NCBI GenBank assembly: GCA_017646805.1
Contig: JAGCLW010000053.1
Span: 22,088-86,087 of the forward strand
Direction of reading: 5' to 3'
Length of the DNA: 64,000 nt
DNA from: Paludibacteraceae bacterium
GTDB lineage: Bacteria; Bacteroidota; Bacteroidia; Bacteroidales; Paludibacteraceae
Numbering within the stretch: the first letter of the stretch is position 1; the number at the start of each line of letters is the position of its first letter. The position numbers were made by a program, and so were the translations under genes. Shown one piece after another: positions 9,404 to 20,273 of this stretch. The notes under the pieces were generated by a model. That model was not told where the DNA came from and searched no databases. It saw only the letters and a list, made by a program, of their open reading frames with translations.

Positions 9404-12400
9404 TTAACGTCTGCGACGTTTCAAAGAGAAATGTCCAAATCGTGGACGTATTTCTTTGAATGACAATTGATACCAATAGTCTGCAGATGGAAGGTCGATA
9501 CCATGATATTTTCCGTCCCAAACTGCCCAATCGCCTACTCCGGTTTGAATCCATTCGTCCATTTTGCTTTCATGAACTTTCTTTCCATAACGGTCGAAAA
9601 CGATGATTTCTGCACCGGAATACATATCCAAATTATCACATTTAATTGTCAATTGATCGTTGATGTCATCTCCATCTGGTGAGAACATGTCCAATACTTC
9701 GATTGGATAACACATGTCATCGTCCATATCTTTCACCGTAATCAACATATTCACTTGTTTTTCCGTTTCGTTTGTTGGGAATACACATTTTGTATTTTCA
9801 TACACACGTGGATAAACTCGTGTTGTTGCTTTAAGCGAACCAACCAACTCTTGTGTTCGTTCAGGATCTGCATAGTATTCTATCGTCAAGTTTGGTCGAG
9901 AATATTTTTCTCCTGAAATTTCTGTAATACGAGATTCTTCCAAATAGTCTTTATATTGACTATTGATCGAACCTGCAGCCGGAATCGTTGTCGGAATAAT
10001 ATATTCGCCACAAACAACATCTTCCGGAACAACCTCAATATTTGGCGTTGGAGATGCCAAAACTTCGATTGGAGCTGTTGCGATTTGAACCGTATTGTTA
10101 TTTTCACAAGCTACCGAACGAAGCATATATGCTTCTGTTTCTTCTGGTTTTACAAAATTCTTAGTTGTAAATCCAGAAAGAGTTGTCCATGTTGCTCCTT
10201 TATCATCCGAACGTTGCCATACATAAGTCAATGCATCTAAATTGTCTCGATTAGATGCTGAAATTGTCAACGTAAGCGTTTCTCGTTTACACAACTCTGC
10301 TAAATTTCCCACCAATTGATTTCCTGTTATTTCAGCATTCAATTCCAATGGATCGTTTATCGTATATGTAGACGAAATTAAAAATCCTTTTGAGTCTACC
10401 GCATTCAATGTATATTTTCCTGAAGGGAATCCTGCAACTTCAATTGTTGTAGCATGATTTGCATCTTCTGTATTTACATACGTACGATAAACTTCTTTTC
10501 CGCTCTCATCGTAAATGGTACATTGATAAGGCAAGTTTCCGTTTCGGATTGTAAACTTAATCGTTCCGTCGCTCTTTCCTTTGTATGTAGTCCAACCATT
10601 GGCAAGAGTCGTTTCTGTCGATAAGTTGTCTTCTACAAGAGGAATATCGTCGATTGTAGGACGTTTTGCAACTTTTACATTAAATTTATATTCTTCTTCA
10701 CAACCGCCATCAAGCATTGCTCGAGCAACAAAATCAAGTGCTCCACCCGAAACATCAAACATTTCGTCTGCTCCTACTTCTATATCCGCATCATCATAGA
10801 ATGTATATAAATCTGCATCTGAAGTATTCAAGCCCAATTCACCCAATTTTACACGAAGACGATCACGCAAAGCAACAATCACTTTTTTTCCTGCCGCATT
10901 TGCATCTTGCGAAAGATCAAGCGTATCGCAGTGAGATTTCAAATATGCTTGTTCCAAAGCCTCATCTACCACATTCGTTTTGTAATAAACAACACGACCT
11001 TCACAACCTACGTCCGAGTTGCTTCCAATAGCAACACTTTCGCCTGCCGCATTGATGTAAGTCAACTCGCCACGATTCTTCACTTGACGATTACATCCGT
11101 AAGACCAAATATCCGTACGTTCTACACCTACGACATTTGCATCAAATAGGATAAGAATCGAATCTTTGTTTGCTCCGACAGAAGGAAGTGTAAAGTAAAG
11201 TGTTTCATCATCTTCCGAGTTCTTTTCGTATCGGAATGTACATTTCGATGAAATGTCATTTCCTGCTTTATCATAGAATTTAACCGAACCTTCAACAAAA
11301 TTCAACGTTTTATCCAATGGATTCACAATTGAAAGTGCACTCGATTCAAGTGTTCCAATATTATATGCCGAAAGTTTATACGTAATTGGTCCGCCCACCT
11401 TAACCGATTCAGCATCACTCCAACAACGCAATTTCATTTGTGCTTGCAACACCTCGATTGCCATATATGCCATAAACAAGCTGTAATCCCCATTTTGTTC
11501 CTTAGGAAGCGTAAACTTCGCACTTTTAGCACCGGCTGCCATTGCTCCGGAAGGAAGACGCATGTGGTGAGCATCAAATCCCAATGTATTTGTCAAATTT
11601 GGCAAACGTATAATTTCATTTCCGTTTGTTTCTTTTTCCGCATCGTATGTTGTCAATAGCGAAGACATAAATCCACGATACACTCTATCACAACAAACGG
11701 CTTTTTCATTACATGCATGAATAGGAGCTTGATCCGGCTCTGCCGCTCCCGTCAAACTACGTGTAAATGGTTGAATGATTTTATCTCCGTTTCCACCATT
11801 GAATACCACTCTGTTTGCTTCTGCGGTAGCAAAAGTTGCTTGCGATATCGCATCTTGAGTCTCAGTACCTTCTAAGTCTGCTGCATCCATCAACAATCCG
11901 GGAGTATCTTCCGCATCCAAACCACACATTCCCAAATACGAAATTGAGTTTCCTGATGCAGGAACTTCTCCTGCGGCAAAATTCAATGTTATACTTCCTC
12001 CACCTTGAGGAGCTTCTTTTCCTCCGGCATCCCAAAACTTGATCACACGACTTGGACAATCCGGATACGTATAGATAACTACCAAACTCCAACCGGCACT
12101 CGCTCCTCCATCTCCTTTTACACAACTTGAAGCCAAATCAGCCACCCAATACAATCCACCCGGTTTTCCTTTGACATGTGCAGTCACATCTGCCATATAG
12201 ACATAACGACCTTTGCCTTCCAGTGTCACAGCACGATCCGCATTGATCATGACATAGTCCGTCATTCCGGGAGTTTTGAATTTTACTTGTTTTTTAGTCT
12301 TTGCATTTCCGGTAGCCCCTCCGGCATGAGAACGCATGGTAGGCACACCCGAATAAGCCGCATAACTTGTTGTCGCATCATCCAATCCATTCCAATACAA

Positions 12401-12826
12401 AAAGGCTTTATAGACTTCCGTACAACCCATGTAGTTGCCATAGTCCAAAAATGCCGCAGAAGATTGGAAAGTATTCATATCTTCGTCACAGTCGGCATAC
12501 ACTTGCGAAACTGCAGTTGCTCCTACCGGACAAAGTGCTGCTTGTGCAGCTTTTCCTGTCAATTTATTTTCATAACGGTTGTTCAACGCAAGGTCGTCTC
12601 CTGCCATATTCATTTGTTCTTCGGTAATCAATTCCACCACCGTCATTGGATTCGAATTGCTAATCCAAGCCGGTTGCAATCCTGCCGAAGAAATCATTTT
12701 TATATCATAATTTCCCTTCACTGCCATCGAAGCCTGCTCGGTCAACTGAGCAAAAGAAGAGATACTAATGCCGAAAGCCAAAGCGAACGACAATAGTTTT
12801 GTTACATATTTAGAATAAGTTTTCAT
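9404..12826 (-). CDS. Large secreted adhesin-like protein with T9SS type-B (gliding-motility-associated) C-terminal domain
   Basis: I placed the start at MKTYSKYVTKLLSFALAFGISISSFAQ, which carries the signal peptide. A DUF11-like repeat (GGPITYKLSAYNIGTLES...LNFVEGS) and Ig-like modules follow. The C-terminus FSPDGDDINDQL..IVFDRYGKKV..WDGKYHGIDLPSADYWYQL..GHFSLKRRRR is of type-B form. Confidence 0.8.
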   Translation of the reverse strand: MKTYSKYVTKLLSFALAFGISISSFAQLTEQASMAVKGNYDIKMISSAGLQPAWISNSNPMTVVELITEEQMNMAGDDLALNNRYENKLTGKAAQAALCPVGATAVSQVYADCDEDMNTFQSSAAFLDYGNYMGCTEVYKAFLYWNGLDDATTSYAAYSGVPTMRSHAGGATGNAKTKKQVKFKTPGMTDYVMINADRAVTLEGKGRYVYMADVTAHVKGKPGGLYWVADLASSCVKGDGGASAGWSLVVIYTYPDCPSRVIKFWDAGGKEAPQGGGSITLNFAAGEVPASGNSISYLGMCGLDAEDTPGLLMDAADLEGTETQDAISQATFATAEANRVVFNGGNGDKIIQPFTRSLTGAAEPDQAPIHACNEKAVCCDRVYRGFMSSLLTTYDAEKETNGNEIIRLPNLTNTLGFDAHHMRLPSGAMAAGAKSAKFTLPKEQNGDYSLFMAYMAIEVLQAQMKLRCWSDAESVKVGGPITYKLSAYNIGTLESSALSIVNPLDKTLNFVEGSVKFYDKAGNDISSKCTFRYEKNSEDDETLYFTLPSVGANKDSILILFDANVVGVERTDIWSYGCNRQVKNRGELTYINAAGESVAIGSNSDVGCEGRVVYYKTNVVDEALEQAYLKSHCDTLDLSQDANAAGKKVIVALRDRLRVKLGELGLNTSDADLYTFYDDADIEVGADEMFDVSGGALDFVARAMLDGGCEEEYKFNVKVAKRPTIDDIPLVEDNLSTETTLANGWTTYKGKSDGTIKFTIRNGNLPYQCTIYDESGKEVYRTYVNTEDANHATTIEVAGFPSGKYTLNAVDSKGFLISSTYTINDPLELNAEITGNQLVGNLAELCKRETLTLTISASNRDNLDALTYVWQRSDDKGATWTTLSGFTTKNFVKPEETEAYMLRSVACENNNTVQIATAPIEVLASPTPNIEVVPEDVVCGEYIIPTTIPAAGSINSQYKDYLEESRITEISGEKYSRPNLTIEYYADPERTQELVGSLKATTRVYPRVYENTKCVFPTNETEKQVNMLITVKDMDDDMCYPIEVLDMFSPDGDDINDQLTIKCDNLDMYSGAEIIVFDRYGKKVHESKMDEWIQTGVGDWAVWDGKYHGIDLPSADYWYQLSFKEIRPRFGHFSLKRRRR

Positions 12827-12860
12827 ATCGTTTCTTTTTTTTATTCTTTGGTTCAACATA

Positions 12861-14684
12861 TTATTGATTGATAATATTTTCTCCACACACTGCAGGAACT
12901 ACCGTTTTTGCAGTTCTGAAAGGTCCGATTTTAGGATTGGATGTCGCTCCTGCCAATACACCATTATCTCCCACTACTTCATAATTATATTCTGTATCCT
13001 CTGTCAATCCATCAAGAAGAACACTTGTAGTTGTTGAAGTAAGAGTTTTGAACAACGAACCATCAGCATTATATACATTTACAGTATATCCACCGACATT
13101 GTTTTCTTGTGGAGTCCATTGTAGAGTCATCGAAGTAGTTGTTATATTCGCTGGAGTCAACGGAACAAAAGCTTGTACATCTGTCGTTGTAGGACCTTCT
13201 ATTTGAATACCTTTTTCTGTGAAAATCACAATGTGTTTGTTTTCTGTCACTTTAAACGAACGTTGAGCTTTTGTTGTTCCCGCATTGTCCGACCAACGAT
13301 TGATTCTGTATCCATTTTCAAGCGTTACGGTAGCATTCAATACCGTACCTTCCAAAAATACCGTACCACCTAAATTACAATCAACGAAAGCCGTTCCGGC
13401 AGGTTGCACTTCAAACGTAAAATTATAAAGTACAGGTTTTACGCCACTTGTAATACCTTTGAGAGGAATGCTAACAGATGCGGCTCCCGGAGATGAAAGT
13501 TCAAGAGTTGCATCAAGACCAACTTCATTTTCAAGAATTTCTCCCAAGAAAGAAATATTCAAATCATATCCTTTTGAAGCTTCCAACACCGAAAGCGTAT
13601 TTGTTGACAACGTAAAACGATCTGCTCCCGCACCGACTACACTGAGAGTCAAAGGTCCAGTAAGATTCAATCCCGAAACTCGCAACACTTGTTCGCGTGG
13701 AGCAATCAACGATGTCCAAAAATTCAATTGTGCCGTAGAAGCTACAATTTGAGGAGCTCCGCTTCCGGTTTGCCCAAGAATATTTACATAATAATCAGGT
13801 GCTCCATCTGCCGAAAGTTTCAACAACGCATCGTGAGCTCCGGCTCTTACCGATGGAGTATAATTAATTGTAACATTTGTTGCTGCAGTCGGAGCATCGA
13901 TTTCTGTCACAGGCAATGTAAAACGAGAAGCATTCGCTCCAATGATTTCAAGTTTCACTTTTTTCCCTGCAAGATTGTACGATTGCACATCAACCGTTCC
14001 GCTAACTTGTGGTCCTCCAACTTCTCCTTTGATGATAGAAACTTGAGTAGAACGAGAGCCGTCTGCTCCTGCATTAGGATAAGTAGGAGAAAAAACATAA
14101 GGATTCGTTCCAACATCAGTAAGCACCTTTATTCTATTGATCGCCACTTCTGCACACTTCATACTATTGCTAAACTCAGCTACCGTATTACTATTTGCAT
14201 TGAACGTATATCGAACAGTGTATTTACCATAATTCTTACCCGTCTTGATTGAAGCCCCACTAACTTGAGGAGCATTAGAAGGTTTATCCGGTTCTGTACT
14301 TGTTGAAACAATCTCAGCCGTTGCACCGCTAATATTCAACGTCATTCCTTTCCCGTTTTTTGCCACAGTCCAATCCATTTCGATAATACCTTTTCCGATA
14401 AAATCGAACGTAGGAAAAATCAAAGTATTCGTTGAATTTTCTGAACAGATTTTATTTTCTGCAGGGAAAAACCCAGGTTTTCCTACATAAGAAAAAGAAC
14501 GTCCAGGAGTCACCTCATAGGAAATCGCATCCGAACTGCCTCCCGCCGACATACTTGGCCATTCCTCAAAAGTCGTTTCATACAACGTAATGAGATTTTG
14601 TGCATTCGCAGACAACGAACTCAAAAACAATCCCAAAATAAGGAACCATTTTGCGTTGAAAAAATTAAACTTTTTAAATTTCAT
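12861..14684 (-). CDS. Secreted multi-beta-sandwich protein (ASH/choice-of-anchor-D-like modules plus C-terminal FN3), no sorting domain
   Basis: Has a signal peptide (MKFKKFNFFNAKWFLILGLFLSSLSANAQ) and repeated ...RFTL...(A/L)xLxLSS... modules. An FN3-like module (TPANITTTSMTLQWTPQENNVGGYTVNVY...DTEYNYEVV) sits near the end. Confidence 0.65.
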   Translation of the reverse strand: MKFKKFNFFNAKWFLILGLFLSSLSANAQNLITLYETTFEEWPSMSAGGSSDAISYEVTPGRSFSYVGKPGFFPAENKICSENSTNTLIFPTFDFIGKGIIEMDWTVAKNGKGMTLNISGATAEIVSTSTEPDKPSNAPQVSGASIKTGKNYGKYTVRYTFNANSNTVAEFSNSMKCAEVAINRIKVLTDVGTNPYVFSPTYPNAGADGSRSTQVSIIKGEVGGPQVSGTVDVQSYNLAGKKVKLEIIGANASRFTLPVTEIDAPTAATNVTINYTPSVRAGAHDALLKLSADGAPDYYVNILGQTGSGAPQIVASTAQLNFWTSLIAPREQVLRVSGLNLTGPLTLSVVGAGADRFTLSTNTLSVLEASKGYDLNISFLGEILENEVGLDATLELSSPGAASVSIPLKGITSGVKPVLYNFTFEVQPAGTAFVDCNLGGTVFLEGTVLNATVTLENGYRINRWSDNAGTTKAQRSFKVTENKHIVIFTEKGIQIEGPTTTDVQAFVPLTPANITTTSMTLQWTPQENNVGGYTVNVYNADGSLFKTLTSTTTSVLLDGLTEDTEYNYEVVGDNGVLAGATSNPKIGPFRTAKTVVPAVCGENIINQ

Positions 14685-14807
14685 ACTATTTAGATTTAGA
14701 TTATTTATACAGAAAAAAGACGATAAAATCTTCTTATTTATTTCATAATCAAGTAGATATATTTCAAGAATAAACCTATTTTACCAAATAAAATAAAAAT
14801 ATCTTGC

Positions 14808-14815
14808 CAAAGATA
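14808..14815 (-). promoter_or_regulatory. -7 promoter box TATCTTTG (adhesin operon)
   Basis: The plus strand reads caaagata, 124 nt upstream of the 12861-14684 gene start. Confidence 0.5.
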
Positions 14816-15019
14816 CAATATTTTATATGAAAAAACAAAAAAAACGAAAAAAAAGTTCTTTTGACAAAAAGCAAAAATAAGAAATGAGAAAATTAAACCA
14901 AACAACACCTTTTATTTAAAATTATTAAGAAAATAAAAGATTTTGATATGAAAAATTAAGCAAAAGTAGGATTTTTAATAAAAAAGCAAACAAATATTGG
15001 AGTGAGGGCAAAAAAACAT

Positions 15020-15027
15020 TATCTTTG
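15020..15027 (+). promoter_or_regulatory. -7 promoter box TATCTTTG (leu operon)
   Basis: Exact TAnnTTTG match 76 nt upstream of the leuA ATG. Confidence 0.6.
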
Positions 15028-15102
15028 CAGTCATTTTTAGCGTTATACTTCCGTTTTTTCTATTAAATTTTTAAACACATACTTTTCAAAACAAAAAAAA
15101 TT

Positions 15103-16602
15103 ATGGCAGACAAATTATATATTTTCGACACTACATTGAGAGACGGCGAACAAGTTCCCGGCTGTCAATTGAATACAGTAGAAAAAATTCAGGTGGCAAA
15201 AGCACTTGAAGAATTAGGCGTTGACATTATCGAAGCGGGATTTCCGATTTCCAGTCCAGGCGATTTCAATTCGGTAGTGGAAATTTCAAAAGCAGTTTCC
15301 AACCCAACGATTTGTGCGTTGACTCGTGCCGTACAAAAGGATATTGATGTGGCAGTAGAAGCACTTCAGTATGCCAAGCACAAACGAATCCATACCGGAA
15401 TCGGAACAAGCGATTCGCACATTAAGTACAAATTCAATTCCACACGCGAGGAAGTTATCGAACGAGCCGTTGCGGCAGTGAAATACGCACGTCGCTTTGT
15501 AGACGAAGTTGAGTTTTACGCAGAAGATGCCGGACGCACAGACAACGCTTATTTGGCTCGTGTGGTGGAAGCGGTAATCAAAGCCGGAGCAAAAGTCGTA
15601 AACATTCCGGACACAACGGGATATTGCTTTCCGGAAGAATACGGAGCAAAAATCAAATATTTGATCGATCATGTCGATGGCATTGAAAATGCTATCATCT
15701 CCACGCATTGCCACAACGATTTGGGAATGGCGACAGCCAATGCTCTTGCCGGAGTAATGAACGGAGCGAGACAAGTGGAAGTGACCATCAACGGAATCGG
15801 CGAACGAGCAGGAAACACGGCGATGGAAGAAGTGGTCATGGCACTTAAAAGTCGCAACACTGCAATTGTAGAAACCGGTATCAACACCAAGAAAATCGCA
15901 CCTACAAGTCGCATGGTTTCCAACTTGATGAACATGCCCGTACAAGCCAACAAAGCAATTGTAGGACGAAACGCATTTGCACACTCGTCAGGGATTCATC
16001 AAGATGGCGTGTTGAAAAACATTCAAACCTATGAAATCATCGATCCGAAAGAAGTCGGAATCGACGAAAATTCAATCGTATTGACAGCACGAAGCGGTCG
16101 TGCCGCTTTGAAACATCGCTTGTCGGTATTGGGCATAGAAGTTAACGACGAACGCCTAAATCATTTATACGAAGAATTCCTTCGTTTGGCAGACAAGAAA
16201 AAAGAAGTTTTGGACAATGACTTGTTGGCACTTGCCGGCATCACTCCCAAAACGGAAAACAATATCAAATTGGATTATCTTCAATCTACCGCAGGAAAAG
16301 AGATCCGCAACATTGCAAGTATCGGATTGGATATTGCCGGAGAAAAATTTGAAGCGGCAGCCACAGGAAACGGACCGGTAGATGCGGCTGTGAACGCACT
16401 GAAACAAATCGTCAAACGCAACATGGTATTGCAAAACTTTACCATTCAAGCAATCAACAAAGGAAGTAATGACGCCGCAAAAGTTCACATGCAAGTGCTT
16501 TATGATGATAATGTATATTATGGTTTCGGTGTAGATACAGATATTGTTGTTGCTTCGATAGAAGCATATATTGATGCCATCAATAAATTTCCAAACAAAT
16601 AA
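15103..16602 (+). CDS. leuA: 2-isopropylmalate synthase
   Basis: Begins [16 protein letters not shown], has the [12 protein letters not shown] motif and a C-terminal LeuA dimerisation/regulatory domain. It is the first gene of the leu operon. Confidence 0.93.
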   Translation: MADKLYIFDTTLRDGEQVPGCQLNTVEKIQVAKALEELGVDIIEAGFPISSPGDFNSVVEISKAVSNPTICALTRAVQKDIDVAVEALQYAKHKRIHTGIGTSDSHIKYKFNSTREEVIERAVAAVKYARRFVDEVEFYAEDAGRTDNAYLARVVEAVIKAGAKVVNIPDTTGYCFPEEYGAKIKYLIDHVDGIENAIISTHCHNDLGMATANALAGVMNGARQVEVTINGIGERAGNTAMEEVVMALKSRNTAIVETGINTKKIAPTSRMVSNLMNMPVQANKAIVGRNAFAHSSGIHQDGVLKNIQTYEIIDPKEVGIDENSIVLTARSGRAALKHRLSVLGIEVNDERLNHLYEEFLRLADKKKEVLDNDLLALAGITPKTENNIKLDYLQSTAGKEIRNIASIGLDIAGEKFEAAATGNGPVDAAVNALKQIVKRNMVLQNFTIQAINKGSNDAAKVHMQVLYDDNVYYGFGVDTDIVVASIEAYIDAINKFPNK

Positions 16603-16628
16603 AAAAATACAATATAAATCTCAACTAA

Positions 16629-18023
16629 ATGAATACTTTATTTGACAAAATTTGGGACTCTCACGTGGTTCAAATCGTAGAAGACGGTCCTACACAACTT
16701 TACATTGACAGACTATATTGTCATGAAGTGACTTCTCCTCAAGCTTTTGCAGGAATGAGAGCAAGAGGAATCAAATGTTTTCGTCCGGGACAAATCTTTT
16801 GTATGCCGGATCACAACACACCAACTCATGACCAAGATAAAGAAATTGAAGATCCTATTTCAAAAGAACAAGTAGATACACTTGCAAAAAATGCAAAAGA
16901 TTTTGGTATCGAACATTTCGGAATGCTTCACCCTAAAAATGGAATCATTCACGTAGTAGGACCAGAACGCGGACTTTCTCTACCGGGCATGACAATCGTC
17001 TGCGGAGACTCGCACACTTCTACTCACGGAGCAATGGGAGCCGTTGCTTTCGGAATCGGAACAAGCGAAGTGGAAATGGTAATGGCAAGCCAATGTATTC
17101 TTCAACAAAAACCAAAATCGATGCGTATCAACATCGAAGGCACTTTGGGAAAAGGCGTTACGGCAAAAGACGTTGCTCTCTACTTGATGTCTCAACTCAC
17201 AACATCAGGAGCAACCGGATATTTCATTGAATATGCGGGAAGTGTCGTGCGTGACATGTCGATGGAAGGACGCTTGACGCTTTGCAACTTGAGTATCGAA
17301 ATGGGAGCTCGAGGAGGATTTATTGCTCCGGACGAAAAAACCTTTGAATACATCAAAGGACGTGAATATGCTCCAAAAGGAGAAGATTGGGATAAAGCCG
17401 TAGCATATTGGAAAACGCTAAAAAGTGGCGAAGATGCTGTTTTTGATCTTGAATTAACATATCAAGCTTCAGATATTGAACCTCGTGTAACTTACGGAAC
17501 AAATCCGGGAATGGGAATCGGAATCACCGAATCAATTCCTACACTTGACACAATCGATGAAGCAGGAAAAGAATCTTATAAAAAATCGCTTGAATACATG
17601 GGATTTGAAGCAGGAGAAAAACTACTCGGAAAAAAAGTCGATTATGTTTTCCTTGGAGCTTGCACAAATGGTCGTATCGAAGACTTCCGTGCCTTCACCG
17701 CAATGGTAAAAGGCAAAAAGAAAGCCGAAAACATAATCGCTTGGTTGGTTCCCGGCTCATGGATGGTCGATGCTCAAATCCGTGAAGAAGGATTGGATAA
17801 AATTCTTGAAGAAGCGGGATTTGAAATTCGCCAACCGGGTTGCTCGGCATGTTTGGCAATGAATGACGACAAAATTCCTGCCGGAAAACTAAGTGTATCA
17901 ACATCAAATCGTAACTTTGAAGGACGTCAAGGTCCGGGAGCCCGCACTGTTTTGGCAAGTCCGCTTGTTGCAGCCGCCGCAGCTATCACCGGCGTAATCA
18001 CAGATCCTCGCGAATTGATGTAA
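16629..18023 (+). CDS. leuC: 3-isopropylmalate dehydratase large subunit
   Basis: Aconitase-family motifs are present ([35 protein letters not shown]). Confidence 0.95.
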   Translation: MNTLFDKIWDSHVVQIVEDGPTQLYIDRLYCHEVTSPQAFAGMRARGIKCFRPGQIFCMPDHNTPTHDQDKEIEDPISKEQVDTLAKNAKDFGIEHFGMLHPKNGIIHVVGPERGLSLPGMTIVCGDSHTSTHGAMGAVAFGIGTSEVEMVMASQCILQQKPKSMRINIEGTLGKGVTAKDVALYLMSQLTTSGATGYFIEYAGSVVRDMSMEGRLTLCNLSIEMGARGGFIAPDEKTFEYIKGREYAPKGEDWDKAVAYWKTLKSGEDAVFDLELTYQASDIEPRVTYGTNPGMGIGITESIPTLDTIDEAGKESYKKSLEYMGFEAGEKLLGKKVDYVFLGACTNGRIEDFRAFTAMVKGKKKAENIIAWLVPGSWMVDAQIREEGLDKILEEAGFEIRQPGCSACLAMNDDKIPAGKLSVSTSNRNFEGRQGPGARTVLASPLVAAAAAITGVITDPRELM

Positions 18024-18051
18024 TCGATTATTTCTCAAAAAAACAAGAACA

Positions 18052-18642
18052 ATGAAACAAAAATTTGACATTATAAAAAGTACTTGTGTTCCTTTGCCTT
18101 TGGAAAACATTGATACTGACCAAATTATTCCGGCTCGCTTTCTAAAAGCAACAACTAAAGAAGAAAAATTCTTCGGAGATAATTTATTTCGCGATTGGCG
18201 ATACAATCCGGACGGAAGCCTCAACACTTCGTTTGTATTGAACGATCCTACCTACGGAGGAGAAATTCTTGTTGCCGGCAAAAATTTTGGTTCGGGAAGT
18301 AGTCGTGAACATGCAGCTTGGGCAATTGCCGGATATGGATTTCGTGTGGTTATTTCAAGTTTTTTTGCAGACATTCACAAAAATAACGAACTAAACAACT
18401 TTGTACTACCTGTAGTCGTAAGCGAAGAATTTTTGGCAGAACTTTTTGACAGCATCAAAGCAAATCCAAAAATGGAAGTCATAGTTGATCTGCCAAATCA
18501 AACGGTAACCAACACGGCAACCAACAAAAGCGAAACCTTTGAAATCAACGGATACAAGAAATATTGTCTGATGAATGCGTTAGATGATATTGACTTTTTG
18601 CTTGAAAACAAAGATAAAATCGAAGCTTACGAACAAAAATAA
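18052..18642 (+). CDS. leuD: 3-isopropylmalate dehydratase small subunit
   Basis: Aconitase swivel-domain motifs are present ([29 protein letters not shown]). Confidence 0.95.
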   Translation: MKQKFDIIKSTCVPLPLENIDTDQIIPARFLKATTKEEKFFGDNLFRDWRYNPDGSLNTSFVLNDPTYGGEILVAGKNFGSGSSREHAAWAIAGYGFRVVISSFFADIHKNNELNNFVLPVVVSEEFLAELFDSIKANPKMEVIVDLPNQTVTNTATNKSETFEINGYKKYCLMNALDDIDFLLENKDKIEAYEQK

Positions 18643-18671
18643 AACACTTTTATAGTTACAAAAACATAGAG

Positions 18672-18699
18672 TTAGGGACTAATTCCTTTTAGTTCCTAA
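18672..18699 (+). terminator. Intra-operon hairpin (possible partial terminator or attenuator) between leuD and the leuA paralogue
   Basis: 11-bp stem ttagggactaa/ttagttcctaa with one G-U pair and a 6-nt loop, followed by the T-rich ttctctcattttt. Confidence 0.45.
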
Positions 18700-18729
18700 T
18701 TCTCTCATTTTTAGAAATACCTCAAAAAC

Positions 18730-20247
18730 ATGTCTTTTTCGTTAGAAATAATGGACACAACGCTCCGCGATGGAGAACAAACCTCCGGAGTGGCATTTGC
18801 AATACAGGAGAAAGCCAGCATTGCTCGTTTTCTTTTGACCGAAGTCGGCGTGGATCGATTGGAAGTAGCTTCTGCACGTGTTTCGAGTGGCGAATATGAA
18901 GCCGTAAAACAAATCGTCAATTGGGCAAAACAAAGTGGCTTTATCAACAAAATCGAAGTGTTAGGATTTTTGGACAATGGACAATCCATTCAATGGATTG
19001 AAGAGGTAGGAGCAAAAGTAATCAACTTGCTCGCCAAAGGTTCTTACAAACATGTCACGCTTCAATTGGGAAAAACACCGGAACAACATATAAAAGACAT
19101 CAAAGCAAACATTGCCATGGCAAAAGAAAAAGGGTTTGATGTCAATTTGTATTTGGAAGATTGGAGCAACGGAATGATACATTCCAAAGAATACGTTTTT
19201 TTACTAATGGACGAATTGCAAAATTTAGGAATCAAACGTTTTATGTTGCCTGACACCTTAGGTATTTTAACTCCTGAAACAACAGAATCGTTCGTCAAAG
19301 AAATGATCGTTCGCTATCCTAATCTTCATTTTGATTTTCACTCACACAACGATTATGATTTAGCCGTTGCCAACGTTCATGCGGCAATAAAAGCAGGCGT
19401 TCGAGGAGTTCACACCACCGTCAATGGATTGGGAGAACGAGCCGGAAACGCACCTTTGACAAGTGTCCTTGCCGTAATTCATGATCATTTAAAAATCAAA
19501 ACCAATCTGAAAGAAGAAAAACTTTACCAAATAAGCAAATTGGTAGAAACCTATTCCGGCGTTCGTATTCCAAACAACAAACCGCTCATTGGAGACAACG
19601 TTTTCACTCAATGTGCCGGAGTACATGCCGATGGAGATAGCAAAAACAATCTATATTTCAACGATTTGCTACCCGAACGATTTGGTCGTAGCCGAGAATA
19701 CGCACTTGGAAAAACATCGGGGAAAGCAAATATTCGTAAAAATTTAGAAGCTCTTGGAATAAAACTTAATGATGACGAATTGAAAAAAGTAACCCAAAAA
19801 ATCATCGAATTAGGAGACAAAAAACAAATCGTCACACAAGAAGAATTGCCTTATATCGTTTCGGACGTGTTGAAACACGAACAACAAGAACAACGCATAG
19901 AAATGGTAAACTATTCTCTCTCTCTGAATCATGGACTTCGTCCGACAGCGACCGTAAAAATAAAAATCGACGGCAAAGATTACGAACAAACCGCAGTCGG
20001 AGACGGACAATATGACGCATTTACAAAAGCGTTATGGAAAATATACTCATCACTCAACAAACCCAAACCGGAATTGATTGATTATGCCGTAAGTATTCCT
20101 CCCGGAGGACAAACCGACGCTCTTGTTCATACAACAATCACGTGGAACTTCAACGGAAACATTTTCAAGACCCACGGATTAGATGCCGATCAAACCGAAG
20201 CCGCCATCAAAGCGACTGAAAAAATGTTGAATTACATCAATAATTAA
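18730..20247 (+). CDS. LeuA-family synthase paralogue, citramalate-synthase (CimA)-like
   Basis: Begins [17 protein letters not shown], has the HSHNDYDLAVANV motif and a C-terminal LeuA-type regulatory domain. It sits between leuD and leuB. Confidence 0.7.
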   Translation: MSFSLEIMDTTLRDGEQTSGVAFAIQEKASIARFLLTEVGVDRLEVASARVSSGEYEAVKQIVNWAKQSGFINKIEVLGFLDNGQSIQWIEEVGAKVINLLAKGSYKHVTLQLGKTPEQHIKDIKANIAMAKEKGFDVNLYLEDWSNGMIHSKEYVFLLMDELQNLGIKRFMLPDTLGILTPETTESFVKEMIVRYPNLHFDFHSHNDYDLAVANVHAAIKAGVRGVHTTVNGLGERAGNAPLTSVLAVIHDHLKIKTNLKEEKLYQISKLVETYSGVRIPNNKPLIGDNVFTQCAGVHADGDSKNNLYFNDLLPERFGRSREYALGKTSGKANIRKNLEALGIKLNDDELKKVTQKIIELGDKKQIVTQEELPYIVSDVLKHEQQEQRIEMVNYSLSLNHGLRPTATVKIKIDGKDYEQTAVGDGQYDAFTKALWKIYSSLNKPKPELIDYAVSIPPGGQTDALVHTTITWNFNGNIFKTHGLDADQTEAAIKATEKMLNYINN

Positions 20248-20273
20248 AACAAATAAACTTAACAAAATAGAAT

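Noticed and set aside
14827-14880. A small ORF (MKKQKKRKKSSFDKKQK) in the 418-bp AT-rich region upstream of leuA, considered as a possible leucine leader peptide.
   Set aside because: It has no Leu codons. It lies upstream of the predicted leu -7 box at 15020, and no alternative terminator or antiterminator pairing is visible. It is most likely a chance ORF in A-rich DNA.
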